Below, in pieces: positions 24,638-33,575 of a stretch of DNA of 51,633 nt; the stretch's first letter is position 1, and each line of letters begins with the position of its first letter. The position numbers and the translations under genes were made by a program. Source of the stretch: an uncultured Gammaproteobacteria bacterium. Lineage in GTDB: Bacteria; Cyanobacteriota; Vampirovibrionia; LMEP-6097. Under the pieces are notes generated by a model. It was not told where the DNA came from. It did not search any database and worked only from the letters and a program-made list of their open reading frames with translations. The stretch lies in the NCBI GenBank assembly GCA_964597205.1, contig CAZQXM010000001.1:1-51633 (forward strand), given 5' to 3'.

Positions 24638-25752
24638 TAATGCATCTCCTGCAAGGTTTGGTGGATTTCTTGGATAAGCTCGCCGTCAAGTTCTTGGCTA
24701 CTGTGATACTCGTGACTATCTTCAACTTTTGTTGCTTTAGGACTAGGTGCTTGAGCTTTAGCTGTTTCATAGCTTGGTGCTGCACTGCGCTGCAAAGGTG
24801 GTGTCTGCATGCGCGGCACATAACTATGAGTACCAGTATCTTGAATCGGAGTTACCTGTTTAGGTTCTTCAACTTTTTTAGTTTCAACCTTTGTTTCTAC
24901 TGTTGTTTTTTTAACTGTTTTTTTGGTCTCAACAACCGGTGGAGTGACTGGAGCTGGCTCTGCTTCTGGTTCTGCCTCTATAACTGGAGCCTCTTCTTGA
25001 GGTTCTTCTACCTCTGTAACAGTTTTAACAGTCTTAGTAACAGTCTCTACAGCGGCCTTAGCAGGTAATGGCACCACTACCTGTTCTATAACTTCAGCAT
25101 CAACTTCTTTAGTTCTATTAAAATCTTTTTTACCTTTATCGTCATTATTAGTAATTTTCTTAGCAGCATAGACGATACCTTTGGCTGCAGTGTTCGCATC
25201 ATTAGCTACACCTTTAATAAGAGTGCCGTATATAAGTCCACGATTTTTGAGCTTCTCAACATCGCCTTTAATTACAGCAATCTCAGCACCAGTTGCATCT
25301 ATCTTAGTAGAAACTTCTTCGCTCTGCTCTTGCACCGCACCAACAGTGCCATAGACAATACCAAGCTCTGAACTGATCTTACTGAGTTTTGCATCAATAG
25401 CACTAAGTTCGTTTTGGAATTGCTCCATGATATTAACTAGGCTAGCTAAATCTTCTCTATCCTCTAGTAGTTCACGATTATTGTTACTAATAAGATTAGA
25501 TAGTGCTATCGCCATCTCATAACGAGTGATAGGAGTATTACCGCGAAAAGCACCGTTAGGATCACCAACCATTACGCCACTCTCATAAAGTTCTCGCACT
25601 TCATCAGCTGCCCAATGATTCGCCGGAACATCTCTCAAAGCTTTAGGTGGAACTGCCTTAGATCGAGCAAGACTTGGAGCTATTAGGCTTAGAGTCAAGG
25701 GGATTATCACGAGTAATTTGAGGCGCTTATTCATACATCTATAGTCTATCAA
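24637..25752 (-). CDS. SLH-domain envelope protein with a coiled-coil and Pro/Glu/Lys/Thr/Val-rich tail. The likely start is Met at 25734.
   Basis: Signal peptide MNKRLKLLVIIPLTLSLIAPSLA. SLH motif VPANHWAADEVRELYESGVMVGDPNGAFRGNTPITRYEMA. No beta-barrel-like C-terminus. Confidence 0.8.
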   Translation of the reverse strand: MIDYRCMNKRLKLLVIIPLTLSLIAPSLARSKAVPPKALRDVPANHWAADEVRELYESGVMVGDPNGAFRGNTPITRYEMAIALSNLISNNNRELLEDREDLASLVNIMEQFQNELSAIDAKLSKISSELGIVYGTVGAVQEQSEEVSTKIDATGAEIAVIKGDVEKLKNRGLIYGTLIKGVANDANTAAKGIVYAAKKITNNDDKGKKDFNRTKEVDAEVIEQVVVPLPAKAAVETVTKTVKTVTEVEEPQEEAPVIEAEPEAEPAPVTPPVVETKKTVKKTTVETKVETKKVEEPKQVTPIQDTGTHSYVPRMQTPPLQRSAAPSYETAKAQAPSPKATKVEDSHEYHSSQELDGELIQEIHQTLQEMH

Positions 25753-25770
25753 TAAGGCATAATTATTACT

Positions 25771-26298
25771 ATGCTCCCAGAACTAAAAATAGGCCACGGT
25801 TTCGACGCCCATCAGCTTCTAGAGCTTGCTGAGTTCAAAACTAAATATCCAAATCGTAATACAGATGGTTTGATCCTTGGCGGAGTGACTATAGATTATC
25901 CGCGTAGGCTCTCAGGCCACTCTGATGCTGATGTTGCTGTGCATGCCATTATTGATTCTTTATTAGGTGCTGCTGGTTTAGAGGATATTGGCTGTCAATT
26001 TCCGCCTAGCGATAAACAATATGAAGCCATTAGTAGTTTAGATCTGCTTAGTAAAACTTTAAGTCTAATTGCTGATTATAGAATCTCAAATATCGATATC
26101 ACCTTAGTAGCCGAGAAACCAAAACTCAGACCTTATATTTTAGAGATGCGCACCAAATTAGCTACTGTATTAAAAATTAAGCTTGATCAAATCAATATTA
26201 AAGCTACAACCACTGAGGGACTGGGTTTCACTGGCAAGGAAGAGGGGATTGCTGCTCACTCGGTTTGCTTACTGATAAAAAATCCAAACAATGTTTAA
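25771..26298 (+). CDS. ispF: 2-C-methyl-D-erythritol 2,4-cyclodiphosphate synthase
   Basis: IGHGFDAH and GHSDADV motifs, TTTE.LGF.G near the C-terminus. Confidence 0.93.
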   Translation: MLPELKIGHGFDAHQLLELAEFKTKYPNRNTDGLILGGVTIDYPRRLSGHSDADVAVHAIIDSLLGAAGLEDIGCQFPPSDKQYEAISSLDLLSKTLSLIADYRISNIDITLVAEKPKLRPYILEMRTKLATVLKIKLDQINIKATTTEGLGFTGKEEGIAAHSVCLLIKNPNNV

Positions 26299-27385
26299 CT
26301 ATGCGAGCACTAGCTTTGCCGTCACCATAAATACCTGGATTAGTTTTGATCGCTAAACGCATTTGCACTAAAGCTAGTGGATCTTGAATTAACTCGTTAA
26401 TGTTGCGGCTGATAGTTTTAGCATTAGTTCCAGCAAGTTTACTTAGACCAAGTAGAAGACTTTCAACTCTTTCAGTAATCTCTCTTAGAACTAAAACTGG
26501 CACGCCGAAGTATGGCGCTTCTTCCTGGATGCCACCACTATCACTAATAACAAAACTCGCTTTAGCTAGTAAAGAGAGAAAATCAATGTAAGTTTGAGGA
26601 TTTAAGAACCTGATATTATCCAGATTTATTTTAGATTCAAGCTCGGTGAAGGGGCCGTTAGCAATAGGATTAGCATGCTTAATTACAATAAAATTATAAT
26701 GCGGATTATCCTTAGCGGTTGTTTCTAAAGCCAAAGCCAATTCTGAGATAACTTTAGCTTGGTTTTCGCGGCGATGCGCAGTAACCAAAACATAAGGTTT
26801 TCCATCAGTCTCTAACTCTGCTAAATTATCAAGACTAAAATTCAAAGCATCAACTACTGTGTTGCCAGTAAGGTAGCATCTGGCTTGTACTTTTTCATTA
26901 CTTAGATTATCCATCGCTGAAGGTGTCGGCGCAAAATTAAGCGCAGCTAAATGATCTATAGTACGTCTACCTAATTCCTCTGGGTAAGGTTGAGTAACAT
27001 CATAGGTGCGCAGACCAGCTTCTATATGCGCTACAGGAATTCCTAAATACCAAGCAGCTAAAGCAACCTGAGTTGCCGACTGAGTATCGCCTTGAACCAT
27101 AACTAGACTTGGTTTATGTTCAGAGAGGAATTTAGTGGCGGCGCTTAGAAGAGCGACGCTAAGGTCGGCGAGTTGGGTAGAGGGAGAGGAAAAGCTTAGA
27201 TCTTGCACTAGTGGTGGGAAGCGCAAATACGTGACGTCGGTCACGTATTTGCTGTGCTGACCGGTTTCTACTAGATAGCTCTCGACGCTATCTATCGCAC
27301 GCAAAGCCTTAATAACCGGATAAGTTTTAATGTACTCAGGTCTAGTACCAACGAAACAAAAAATACTAGGCTTTTTTGAGTTCAT
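26228..27385 (-). CDS. wecB: UDP-N-acetylglucosamine 2-epimerase (non-hydrolysing)
   Basis: GTRPE.IK, GDT.S, HIEAGLRT and SDSGGIQEEAP motifs. 71-bp convergent overlap with ispF. Confidence 0.9.
   Translation of the reverse strand: MNSKKPSIFCFVGTRPEYIKTYPVIKALRAIDSVESYLVETGQHSKYVTDVTYLRFPPLVQDLSFSSPSTQLADLSVALLSAATKFLSEHKPSLVMVQGDTQSATQVALAAWYLGIPVAHIEAGLRTYDVTQPYPEELGRRTIDHLAALNFAPTPSAMDNLSNEKVQARCYLTGNTVVDALNFSLDNLAELETDGKPYVLVTAHRRENQAKVISELALALETTAKDNPHYNFIVIKHANPIANGPFTELESKINLDNIRFLNPQTYIDFLSLLAKASFVISDSGGIQEEAPYFGVPVLVLREITERVESLLLGLSKLAGTNAKTISRNINELIQDPLALVQMRLAIKTNPGIYGDGKASARIVKHCLDFLSVSKPSEQQSPLPCQ
27223..27252. repeat. Perfect 30-bp GTGAC-type palindrome inside the wecB CDS
   Basis: GCAAATACGTGAC-GTCG-GTCACGTATTTGC. 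On the coding strand it encodes S-KYVTDVTYL-R, in the same codon phase as the pyrK palindrome. Confidence 0.85.
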
Positions 27386-28487
27386 CCAACTCCTTACGCA
27401 AAGCTGCTACCTCGTCTTTAATTTTAGGTAATCTAATATATGCGCGTTGTCTATTCATATACTCACCATAAGGTACAGCAGGAGTACCTAGCATCGGCAT
27501 AAAAGCATCGATATTAGAATTAGCCGCTGAGAAAGCACCAAGCACAGAATCATTACCCATCTCAACGCCATCACCAACACCGGCCCCACCAGCGATAGTG
27601 ACTCTATCACCGATCTTAGCGCTACCAGCAATGCCAGTATTAGCAATCACTATAGAATCTTTACCGATACTTACGTTATGCGCGATTTGACATAAATTAT
27701 CAATCTTAGTGCCAGCACCAATATAAGTAGGACCTAAAGTACCCTTATCAATAGTAGTACAGGAACCGATTTCGACATCATCACCAATAATCACATTACC
27801 AGCAGATAGAATTTTGTATTGGATTTGTCTTTCAGTATTAAAACTAAAATTAGCTGCTTTAAGTTTCTCCAGATTACTTGGCTCACTAGTGGTATAACTA
27901 AAACCATCAGAACCAATAACTGAATTAGCGTGCACTATTACTCGCTCACCTAAGATACAAGCATCTTCTATCACCACACCTGGGTGCAGCTCAGAGTCAG
28001 CACCAATACTAACGTCAGCACCAATAGTAACTCGCGGCATCAAAACCACATTAGCAGCTATCTTAGACCTTGGACCAATATAAACAAAAGCACCGATGCA
28101 AGCAGAAGCATCGACAGCCGCAGTAACATCTACGCAAGCAGAAGCATGCACACCACGCGCCGGAATAGATCTAGGCTTAGCAAATAATCTAATGATTTGA
28201 CTCAGAGCATAGCGCGGTCTCTCGACAAAAAGGAAATTAATATTCGGGTTCTCACGAATAAACTTTCGCATAGGTTCATCAGTTTGCAATTTACTAGAAA
28301 GCACCAAAGCTGTTGCCTTAGTAGTTTTTATTAATTTAAGGGCTTTAGGACCTTTATCCGGAAAAACAAAAGCTATCTCAGAAGCTACTGCTAGTTCTGG
28401 CATAGTTGCAATGGCACTAATCTCGATAGCCGGATTCCCCTGCAATTGAGCAGAGCTAGTCTTGGATATTAAATCAAGGTTAGGCAT
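27366..28487 (-). CDS. lpxD: UDP-3-O-acylglucosamine N-acyltransferase
   Basis: Left-handed beta-helix hexapeptide repeats, GSDGF motif, C-terminal helical extension. Confidence 0.9.
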   Translation of the reverse strand: MPNLDLISKTSSAQLQGNPAIEISAIATMPELAVASEIAFVFPDKGPKALKLIKTTKATALVLSSKLQTDEPMRKFIRENPNINFLFVERPRYALSQIIRLFAKPRSIPARGVHASACVDVTAAVDASACIGAFVYIGPRSKIAANVVLMPRVTIGADVSIGADSELHPGVVIEDACILGERVIVHANSVIGSDGFSYTTSEPSNLEKLKAANFSFNTERQIQYKILSAGNVIIGDDVEIGSCTTIDKGTLGPTYIGAGTKIDNLCQIAHNVSIGKDSIVIANTGIAGSAKIGDRVTIAGGAGVGDGVEMGNDSVLGAFSAANSNIDAFMPMLGTPAVPYGEYMNRQRAYIRLPKIKDEVAALRKELDELKKA

Positions 28488-28972
28488 TAATTAGCAGTTT
28501 TTGCTGGAGGATTTAACTTCTCAAGCTTAACAATAAACTCATCAGTAAGATCAAGACCAGAACTAGCAACAAAAGCTCTATCAAGAATTAGATCTATTGA
28601 CTTCTCTTTAACCAAGGCATCAACAACAGCTTTAATATCATTCTTAATCTTCAGATCAAAAGCAGATTTCATTACTTGAATCTCAGAAACACGCTTATCA
28701 ACTAATGCTTGAATTTCTGCTTGCTTCTTCTTAAGATCAGCTTCTGCAGTACCTTTCTCTTTGAGAGTTTTAAGCTCAGCTTCTGCTGTCTGCATCAGAC
28801 GATTCAGTGATTGCTCAGCTGTGTTCACTTGAACAAGTACAGATTGCACCGAAGCAGCTTCTCTACCAACTCTCCCCATATCAACCACAGCTATTTTACT
28901 AGCAGCTTCTTCAGCCATCACCGCTGGAGCGAATAGAACTAAAGACAATAGCGCAATTAAAATTGTTCTCAT
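28487..28972 (-). CDS. OmpH/Skp-family periplasmic chaperone, copy 1
   Basis: Signal peptide plus Lys/Glu-rich helical protein. Sits immediately upstream of lpxD, the classical skp-lpxD arrangement. Confidence 0.75.
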   Translation of the reverse strand: MRTILIALLSLVLFAPAVMAEEAASKIAVVDMGRVGREAASVQSVLVQVNTAEQSLNRLMQTAEAELKTLKEKGTAEADLKKKQAEIQALVDKRVSEIQVMKSAFDLKIKNDIKAVVDALVKEKSIDLILDRAFVASSGLDLTDEFIVKLEKLNPPAKTAN

Positions 28973-28974
28973 TA

Positions 28975-29448
28975 TTATTTTTTAGTAGCTCCACCAAGTT
29001 TCTTAACTACGGCATCACTAATATCTGTACCACCAAAAAGTACAGCTTCTTGAACTAAAACTACATCAAGTTTCAACTCAGTAGCAGTATCTTTAATAGC
29101 AGTCTCAACAGCAGTTTGAACTTTTTCGCTCTTAGCTTTGCTTTCAGCTTCTAGCTTCTTAGCCTCTGGCTCAATTTCAAGTTGGAATTGCTCAGCCATC
29201 ATCTGCAGTTCAGTTTCAGTTTTATTGGCTGTGCGGGCATCTTCTATAAGTTTACGTTTAGCGGCAATCTTATCTTTGAGTGCAGCATCGGCCTTTTGGA
29301 TCTCTTCAAGAGCCTTGCGCGCATCATCATAGCTACCCATAACTTTAGCGGCATTGATAGTACCGATTTTAGATTTAGTCTCAGCCACAGCTGGACTTAA
29401 GGATAATAGGGCTGGAATAACTAATATTGGAATAACTTTACGCATCAT
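28975..29448 (-). CDS. OmpH/Skp-family periplasmic chaperone, copy 2
   Basis: Same architecture as 28487..28972, in tandem. Confidence 0.7.
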   Translation of the reverse strand: MMRKVIPILVIPALLSLSPAVAETKSKIGTINAAKVMGSYDDARKALEEIQKADAALKDKIAAKRKLIEDARTANKTETELQMMAEQFQLEIEPEAKKLEAESKAKSEKVQTAVETAIKDTATELKLDVVLVQEAVLFGGTDISDAVVKKLGGATKK

Positions 29449-29505
29449 AAGGCTAATTATAGCAAAAAATCTCCAAAAGAAAAGTTGCTAGAATAACTAA
29501 GGTAT

Positions 29506-30003
29506 ATGCTCAAAAAGCTAGTTATTTTATTATCTGCGTGTTTTTTAGTCGCTGGCTGCTCGGGGATAGATTCTCTGCCTGGATTTGGTGGACGCAATAA
29601 TAAAGTCAAAGTTTATTTCACCAAAGCAAACGATGAACTTGGTGCAGTTTTAATTACAGTAGATCGCAAAGTTCCAAAAGGACAAAGTCCATATGAAACA
29701 GCAATGCGTGAACTTTTCAAAGGTCCAAGCGCCGAAGAGAGGGGAAGAGAAGAACTTAATACCGAGATTCCTGATGGCACTCGCTTAATCAAAATTAAAG
29801 AGACTAAAGAAGCTGTAGAAATAAATGTTAGCTCACAATTTATGGTAGGCGGCGGCTCAGAGAGTATGCAGGTCAGGTTCAGGCAGCTACGCGAAACCGC
29901 TCTTAGTCTAGCTAAAGGCAGACCAGTATTCTTGCTTATAGACGGACAACAATTAGACGCCATTGGTGGTGAAGGCTTAGAGATACCTCGTCCGCTTAAT
30001 TAG
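29506..30003 (+). CDS. GerMN-domain lipoprotein
   Basis: Lipobox LVAGC. VKVYF...ETAMRELFKGPSAEER...TEIPDGTRL pattern typical of GerMN domains. Confidence 0.7.
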   Translation: MLKKLVILLSACFLVAGCSGIDSLPGFGGRNNKVKVYFTKANDELGAVLITVDRKVPKGQSPYETAMRELFKGPSAEERGREELNTEIPDGTRLIKIKETKEAVEINVSSQFMVGGGSESMQVRFRQLRETALSLAKGRPVFLLIDGQQLDAIGGEGLEIPRPLN

Positions 30004-30431
30004 TGAAAACTGGTAGATATAGCAGTTCAGAAACTACAGCGGGGGAACTTGCTAAATATCTATTAGCTATTGAAGGGAATATTCTGATCCTAGCTAATGG
30101 TGCTATGGCAAGCGGTAAAACTACTTTTACGCGTATGCTGGGTAGAGCCTTAGGAATTGCTGCAAATATTACTAGTCCTACTTTCGTTGGCTTGCATGAA
30201 TACAAAGGTCAGGGTTTTGATTTTTTGCACTTTGATATTTATCAAGTGCCTCTGAGTTACTACGATATCAAGGAATTATTACTGCGCAATGCTTCTCCTA
30301 AAATATTATTTATCGAGTGGGCAGAGAAACTCGATACTGGAACAGTAGATAAGTTAAAGCTTGAAGGGATAAGAATTATAAACTTGAAATTTTCCGTGGA
30401 TAGCGAAGAGCATTTTATAGATCTAGGCTAG
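30003..30431 (+). CDS. tsaE: tRNA t6A biosynthesis ATPase TsaE
   Basis: G.MASGKTTFTR P-loop, SPTF, H.D.Y motifs. GTG start. Confidence 0.85.
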   Translation: MKTGRYSSSETTAGELAKYLLAIEGNILILANGAMASGKTTFTRMLGRALGIAANITSPTFVGLHEYKGQGFDFLHFDIYQVPLSYYDIKELLLRNASPKILFIEWAEKLDTGTVDKLKLEGIRIINLKFSVDSEEHFIDLG

Positions 30432-30445
30432 TCATCATAAGCCTC

Positions 30446-31243
30446 TTACTTAGTTTTGTATTCTAAATTAAAGTCTTTCGCGATTAATTCTTTCAAGTCA
30501 TCATCTAGCGTTGATTTAACGAAACGATAGCCACCATGGCGAGATTGGGCATGGGTATAAAAAACTACTATTCGTTTTTCGGCAGTATTAAAGCAAGTTG
30601 GCTCAAATTCAACTATGGAAAACTTTCTATGTTTCTTGTGCTTACTAAAACGTTTCAAGTCGTAAGCACTAAACTTTTCAAAAAAACTATTGGAAGGATA
30701 ATCACTTAACATTGAAACCTGATCACAAACTTTTACATAGTCTCCTGCTTCGTTTTTGGTAACAACTATCGCTTTTTGTAAATCTTGATTAGGATGACTA
30801 GACGAATAAGTCCTATCGTATGTTGCTTTATCGTACATAAGTGCAAGAGGTATGCCAATAATGCCCAACCCCGCACCCATAGCCAAACCCAATGCTATAT
30901 CTTTTGCTGTATCTGAAGAATCAGCTTTTAAGCCAGTATCCTTTTTTAATTTAGTTCCTCGGTCACCTACTTCTTGAAGTATTTTATCCCTAGTAGGTAT
31001 AACTAATATTGATACCGTGTCCTTCAAAACAGTTGGGTGCGTCTCTTGCAAGGGTGAAGCTTCATAACGTAAATGTGCTTGGTTATGCTTAGCTGTTTCT
31101 ACTTCTATGTTATATATTATGGTGCCTTTAGCCGCTGGTAAAATACCATGCTTGTAGTAAGCATCGTTCGGCTTTTTCTCGCGCTGTTCAGCAAAACTTG
31201 GTAGTAAGCTAAATATAGTTATAAAAATTGCTATTAGTCTCAT
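30446..31243 (-). CDS. Secreted/membrane hypothetical protein, paralog of 37877..38443 with an inserted glycine-zipper TM segment
   Basis: Signal peptide. Shares KDTVS(I/V)LV(I/V) and HRK..I.EFEP(T/S)CF blocks with 37877..38443. Confidence 0.55.
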   Translation of the reverse strand: MRLIAIFITIFSLLPSFAEQREKKPNDAYYKHGILPAAKGTIIYNIEVETAKHNQAHLRYEASPLQETHPTVLKDTVSILVIPTRDKILQEVGDRGTKLKKDTGLKADSSDTAKDIALGLAMGAGLGIIGIPLALMYDKATYDRTYSSSHPNQDLQKAIVVTKNEAGDYVKVCDQVSMLSDYPSNSFFEKFSAYDLKRFSKHKKHRKFSIVEFEPTCFNTAEKRIVVFYTHAQSRHGGYRFVKSTLDDDLKELIAKDFNLEYKTK

Positions 31244-31254
31244 AACTTAAATTA

Positions 31255-32130
31255 CTAGCTTTTTGCAGCCAAACTCTTGCTCGCTTCTAAGTAAAGCTTC
31301 GACGCTGCCTCAGCTAGTAAACGTATATCTAGAATATATTTTTGGCGCTCATCCTTGCTAATAGCTCCGCGGGCATCTAATAAGTTAAAAGTATGCGAAC
31401 ACTTAAGAATATAATCGTAGGCTGGAATAGCAAGCTTAGCTTCTAGACAGCTAGTAGCTTCAGCGAAATACTCAGTGTATAAACGCGCTAGACGGCTAGC
31501 ATCTGAAACTTCGAAGTTATACTTACTCTGCTCAACTTCGTTGCGATGATAAATATCACCGTATTTAATCACTCGCTCGCCATCACGGTGCCAGACTAGA
31601 TCATAAACAGAATCTACGCCTTGAAGATACATAGCGATGCGCTCAAGCCCGTAAGTAAGCTCAGCAGCAACAGGTTTGATTTCTATGCCACCAGCTTGCT
31701 GGAAATAAGTGAATTGAGTAATCTCCATGCCATTAAGCCAGACTTCCCAACCACAACCCCAAGCACCTAGTGTTGGACTTTCCCAGTTATCTTCGACGAA
31801 ACGAATATCATGCTCAAGTGGATTTACGCCCATAGCCTTCAAACTATTTAAATATAGTTCTTGAGTGTTGGGTGGATTAGGTTGCAATATAACTTGATAT
31901 TGAAAATAATGCTGGAGGCGATTAGGATTCTCACCATAACGACCATCAGTAGGACGGCGGCAAGGTTCTATGCATGCCATTTTCCAAGGCTTCTCATCTA
32001 AGACCCTAAGAAAAGTTGCCGGATTCATGGTGCTAGCACCCTTCTCAGTGTCGTATGGTTGCATGATGATACAACCCTGATCTGACCAGTATTGATTGAG
32101 CTTGAAGACTAGTTCTTGGAAGCTGAGCAT
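31255..32130 (-). CDS. glyQ: Glycine--tRNA ligase alpha subunit
   Basis: Highly conserved GlyQ sequence ([34 protein letters not shown]). Confidence 0.97.
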   Translation of the reverse strand: MLSFQELVFKLNQYWSDQGCIIMQPYDTEKGASTMNPATFLRVLDEKPWKMACIEPCRRPTDGRYGENPNRLQHYFQYQVILQPNPPNTQELYLNSLKAMGVNPLEHDIRFVEDNWESPTLGAWGCGWEVWLNGMEITQFTYFQQAGGIEIKPVAAELTYGLERIAMYLQGVDSVYDLVWHRDGERVIKYGDIYHRNEVEQSKYNFEVSDASRLARLYTEYFAEATSCLEAKLAIPAYDYILKCSHTFNLLDARGAISKDERQKYILDIRLLAEAASKLYLEASKSLAAKS

Positions 32131-32142
32131 GATTTTAGTTTA

Positions 32143-32466
32143 TCACGCAATTAAATAGCGCCTAAACTTCTCCATCTTCTTGGCCCCTATGCCTTTCACT
32201 CTGCTTATATCTTCTACGCTGCGAAAACGACCACGCTTCTCTCTATCATCTACTATGCGCTGAGCTAATGCTGGACCTATGCCTGGCAGGTTCTCAAACT
32301 CACGAGCGTTAGCAAGGTTAATATTGATCTGATATTTTTTCTTGATACTGGATTGAGCATCGAGTGGCTTAATACGATACTGCTCGAAGCCACGGGATTT
32401 AGCGAAGTAATAAGTCCCACCCAACAATAGTGAAGTTAAAAAAAGCAAGAGCGAGAATTTACGCAT
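32143..32466 (-). CDS. comEA: ComEA-family helix-hairpin-helix DNA-binding protein
   Basis: N-terminal TM segment. ININLANAREFENLPGIGPALAQRIVDDRE..G.F.SVEDI..VKGIG HhH motifs. Confidence 0.8.
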   Translation of the reverse strand: MRKFSLLLFLTSLLLGGTYYFAKSRGFEQYRIKPLDAQSSIKKKYQININLANAREFENLPGIGPALAQRIVDDREKRGRFRSVEDISRVKGIGAKKMEKFRRYLIA

Positions 32467-33437
32467 TAGACTTTCAGTTCCCTGCTATTTACTTCTAATA
32501 ATTTTTGGCACTCTTCAACGTAGCGCACTATCTGTGAACCGTTGATACCATCGCTGGTTGGCACTTGCTTATGCTGAATACAATCAAGAAAATGTTTGCA
32601 CTCTAATCTTAGTGGCTCATCGTTAGAGTAAACTGGTTTCTCTACGGTGGTAGAGCCATCAGCGGTTCGACTATAAATTTCTAGTTTGTTTTCTTTAAAG
32701 GTGTCATTCAATACAGCAGTCTTCTTACTACCATTAATAGTTAGCAAGGCTTGTTTCTGCGGGTCTAGCCAACTGTTGTGTATATGTCCGCCGACATTGT
32801 TAGGGAAAATCAAATCTATATGCACTACATCGATAACACCATCATCAGCACTAGCCCAGCCGCGCACGCTCATCACCCGCTCAGGTACAGCGCCGAGTAT
32901 ATAAGCCATCATTGAAAAATCATGCGGGGCTAAATCCCACATGACGTTACTGTCACGGCGGTGACTACGAATAAAATTACGACGGTCAGAATTAATGTAT
33001 TGTATTTCACCAAGTTCACCAGAAGCCACTAGGCGTTTAAGTTTGTTGACAGCAGGATGATACATCAGTAAATGTCCAACCATTAGCACCAAATCTTTTT
33101 CTTTAGAGATTGCTACCAATTCTTCAGCTTCCTGAAAATTCTGAGCCATTGGCTTTTCGACATAAACATTCTTGCCAGCTAAGAGTGCTTGACGAGCGAG
33201 TCTATAGTGAGTGCTTGCTGGAGTCGCGATAACGATGCCGTCTAAATCTTTGCGCGCAACTACCTCATCAAAGGACGCCGTAATATCTATGGAGTTATAT
33301 ATAAAAGGATAAGTCTCTTCAAGAACAGCGAGACTATTAGGGTTGCTATCACAGACCTGTGCAAGCACACCCAGTTCGTAAAAGTTACGAACTAAGTTTT
33401 TGCCCCAATGACCGCTGCCAACTACTGCTATTTTCAT
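32466..33437 (-). CDS. Gfo/Idh/MocA-family NAD(P)-dependent oxidoreductase
   Basis: MKIAVVGSGHWG Rossmann start and the EKP motif (VYVEKPMA). Confidence 0.85.
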   Translation of the reverse strand: MKIAVVGSGHWGKNLVRNFYELGVLAQVCDSNPNSLAVLEETYPFIYNSIDITASFDEVVARKDLDGIVIATPASTHYRLARQALLAGKNVYVEKPMAQNFQEAEELVAISKEKDLVLMVGHLLMYHPAVNKLKRLVASGELGEIQYINSDRRNFIRSHRRDSNVMWDLAPHDFSMMAYILGAVPERVMSVRGWASADDGVIDVVHIDLIFPNNVGGHIHNSWLDPQKQALLTINGSKKTAVLNDTFKENKLEIYSRTADGSTTVEKPVYSNDEPLRLECKHFLDCIQHKQVPTSDGINGSQIVRYVEECQKLLEVNSRELKV

Positions 33438-33449
33438 GTTTATGACGTT

Positions 33450-33574
33450 AGAGTTGTTGCCTAATGCTCGAGAACAAGGCTTGCGAGTTCGAGCAACCGG
33501 AGTTGACTATAGTACGTCAATGAGGATTGCGAGGACGAGCGTAACGCAGTTATCGGGCATTAGGCAACAACTCT
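33450..33574. repeat. MITE-like palindromic element family A
   Basis: Perfect 18-bp terminal inverted repeats AGAGTTGTTGCCTAATGC ... GCATTAGGCAACAACTCT. It fills the spacer between two co-oriented genes. Confidence 0.85.
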
Positions 33575-33575
33575 G

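Noticed and set aside
24640-25068. 142-aa plus-strand ORF and the 24624..24821 minus-strand ORF within the SLH gene tail.
   Set aside because: These are low-complexity Cys/Phe/Leu-rich shadow translations of the Pro/Glu/Lys/Thr/Val-rich coding region.
26228-26298. The 71-bp convergent overlap of ispF and wecB as a possible frameshift or mis-called stop.
   Set aside because: Both ORFs retain their conserved C-terminal motifs before the overlap, and the extensions contain no obvious disruption. The overlap is noted but not treated as a pseudogene signal without an alignment.
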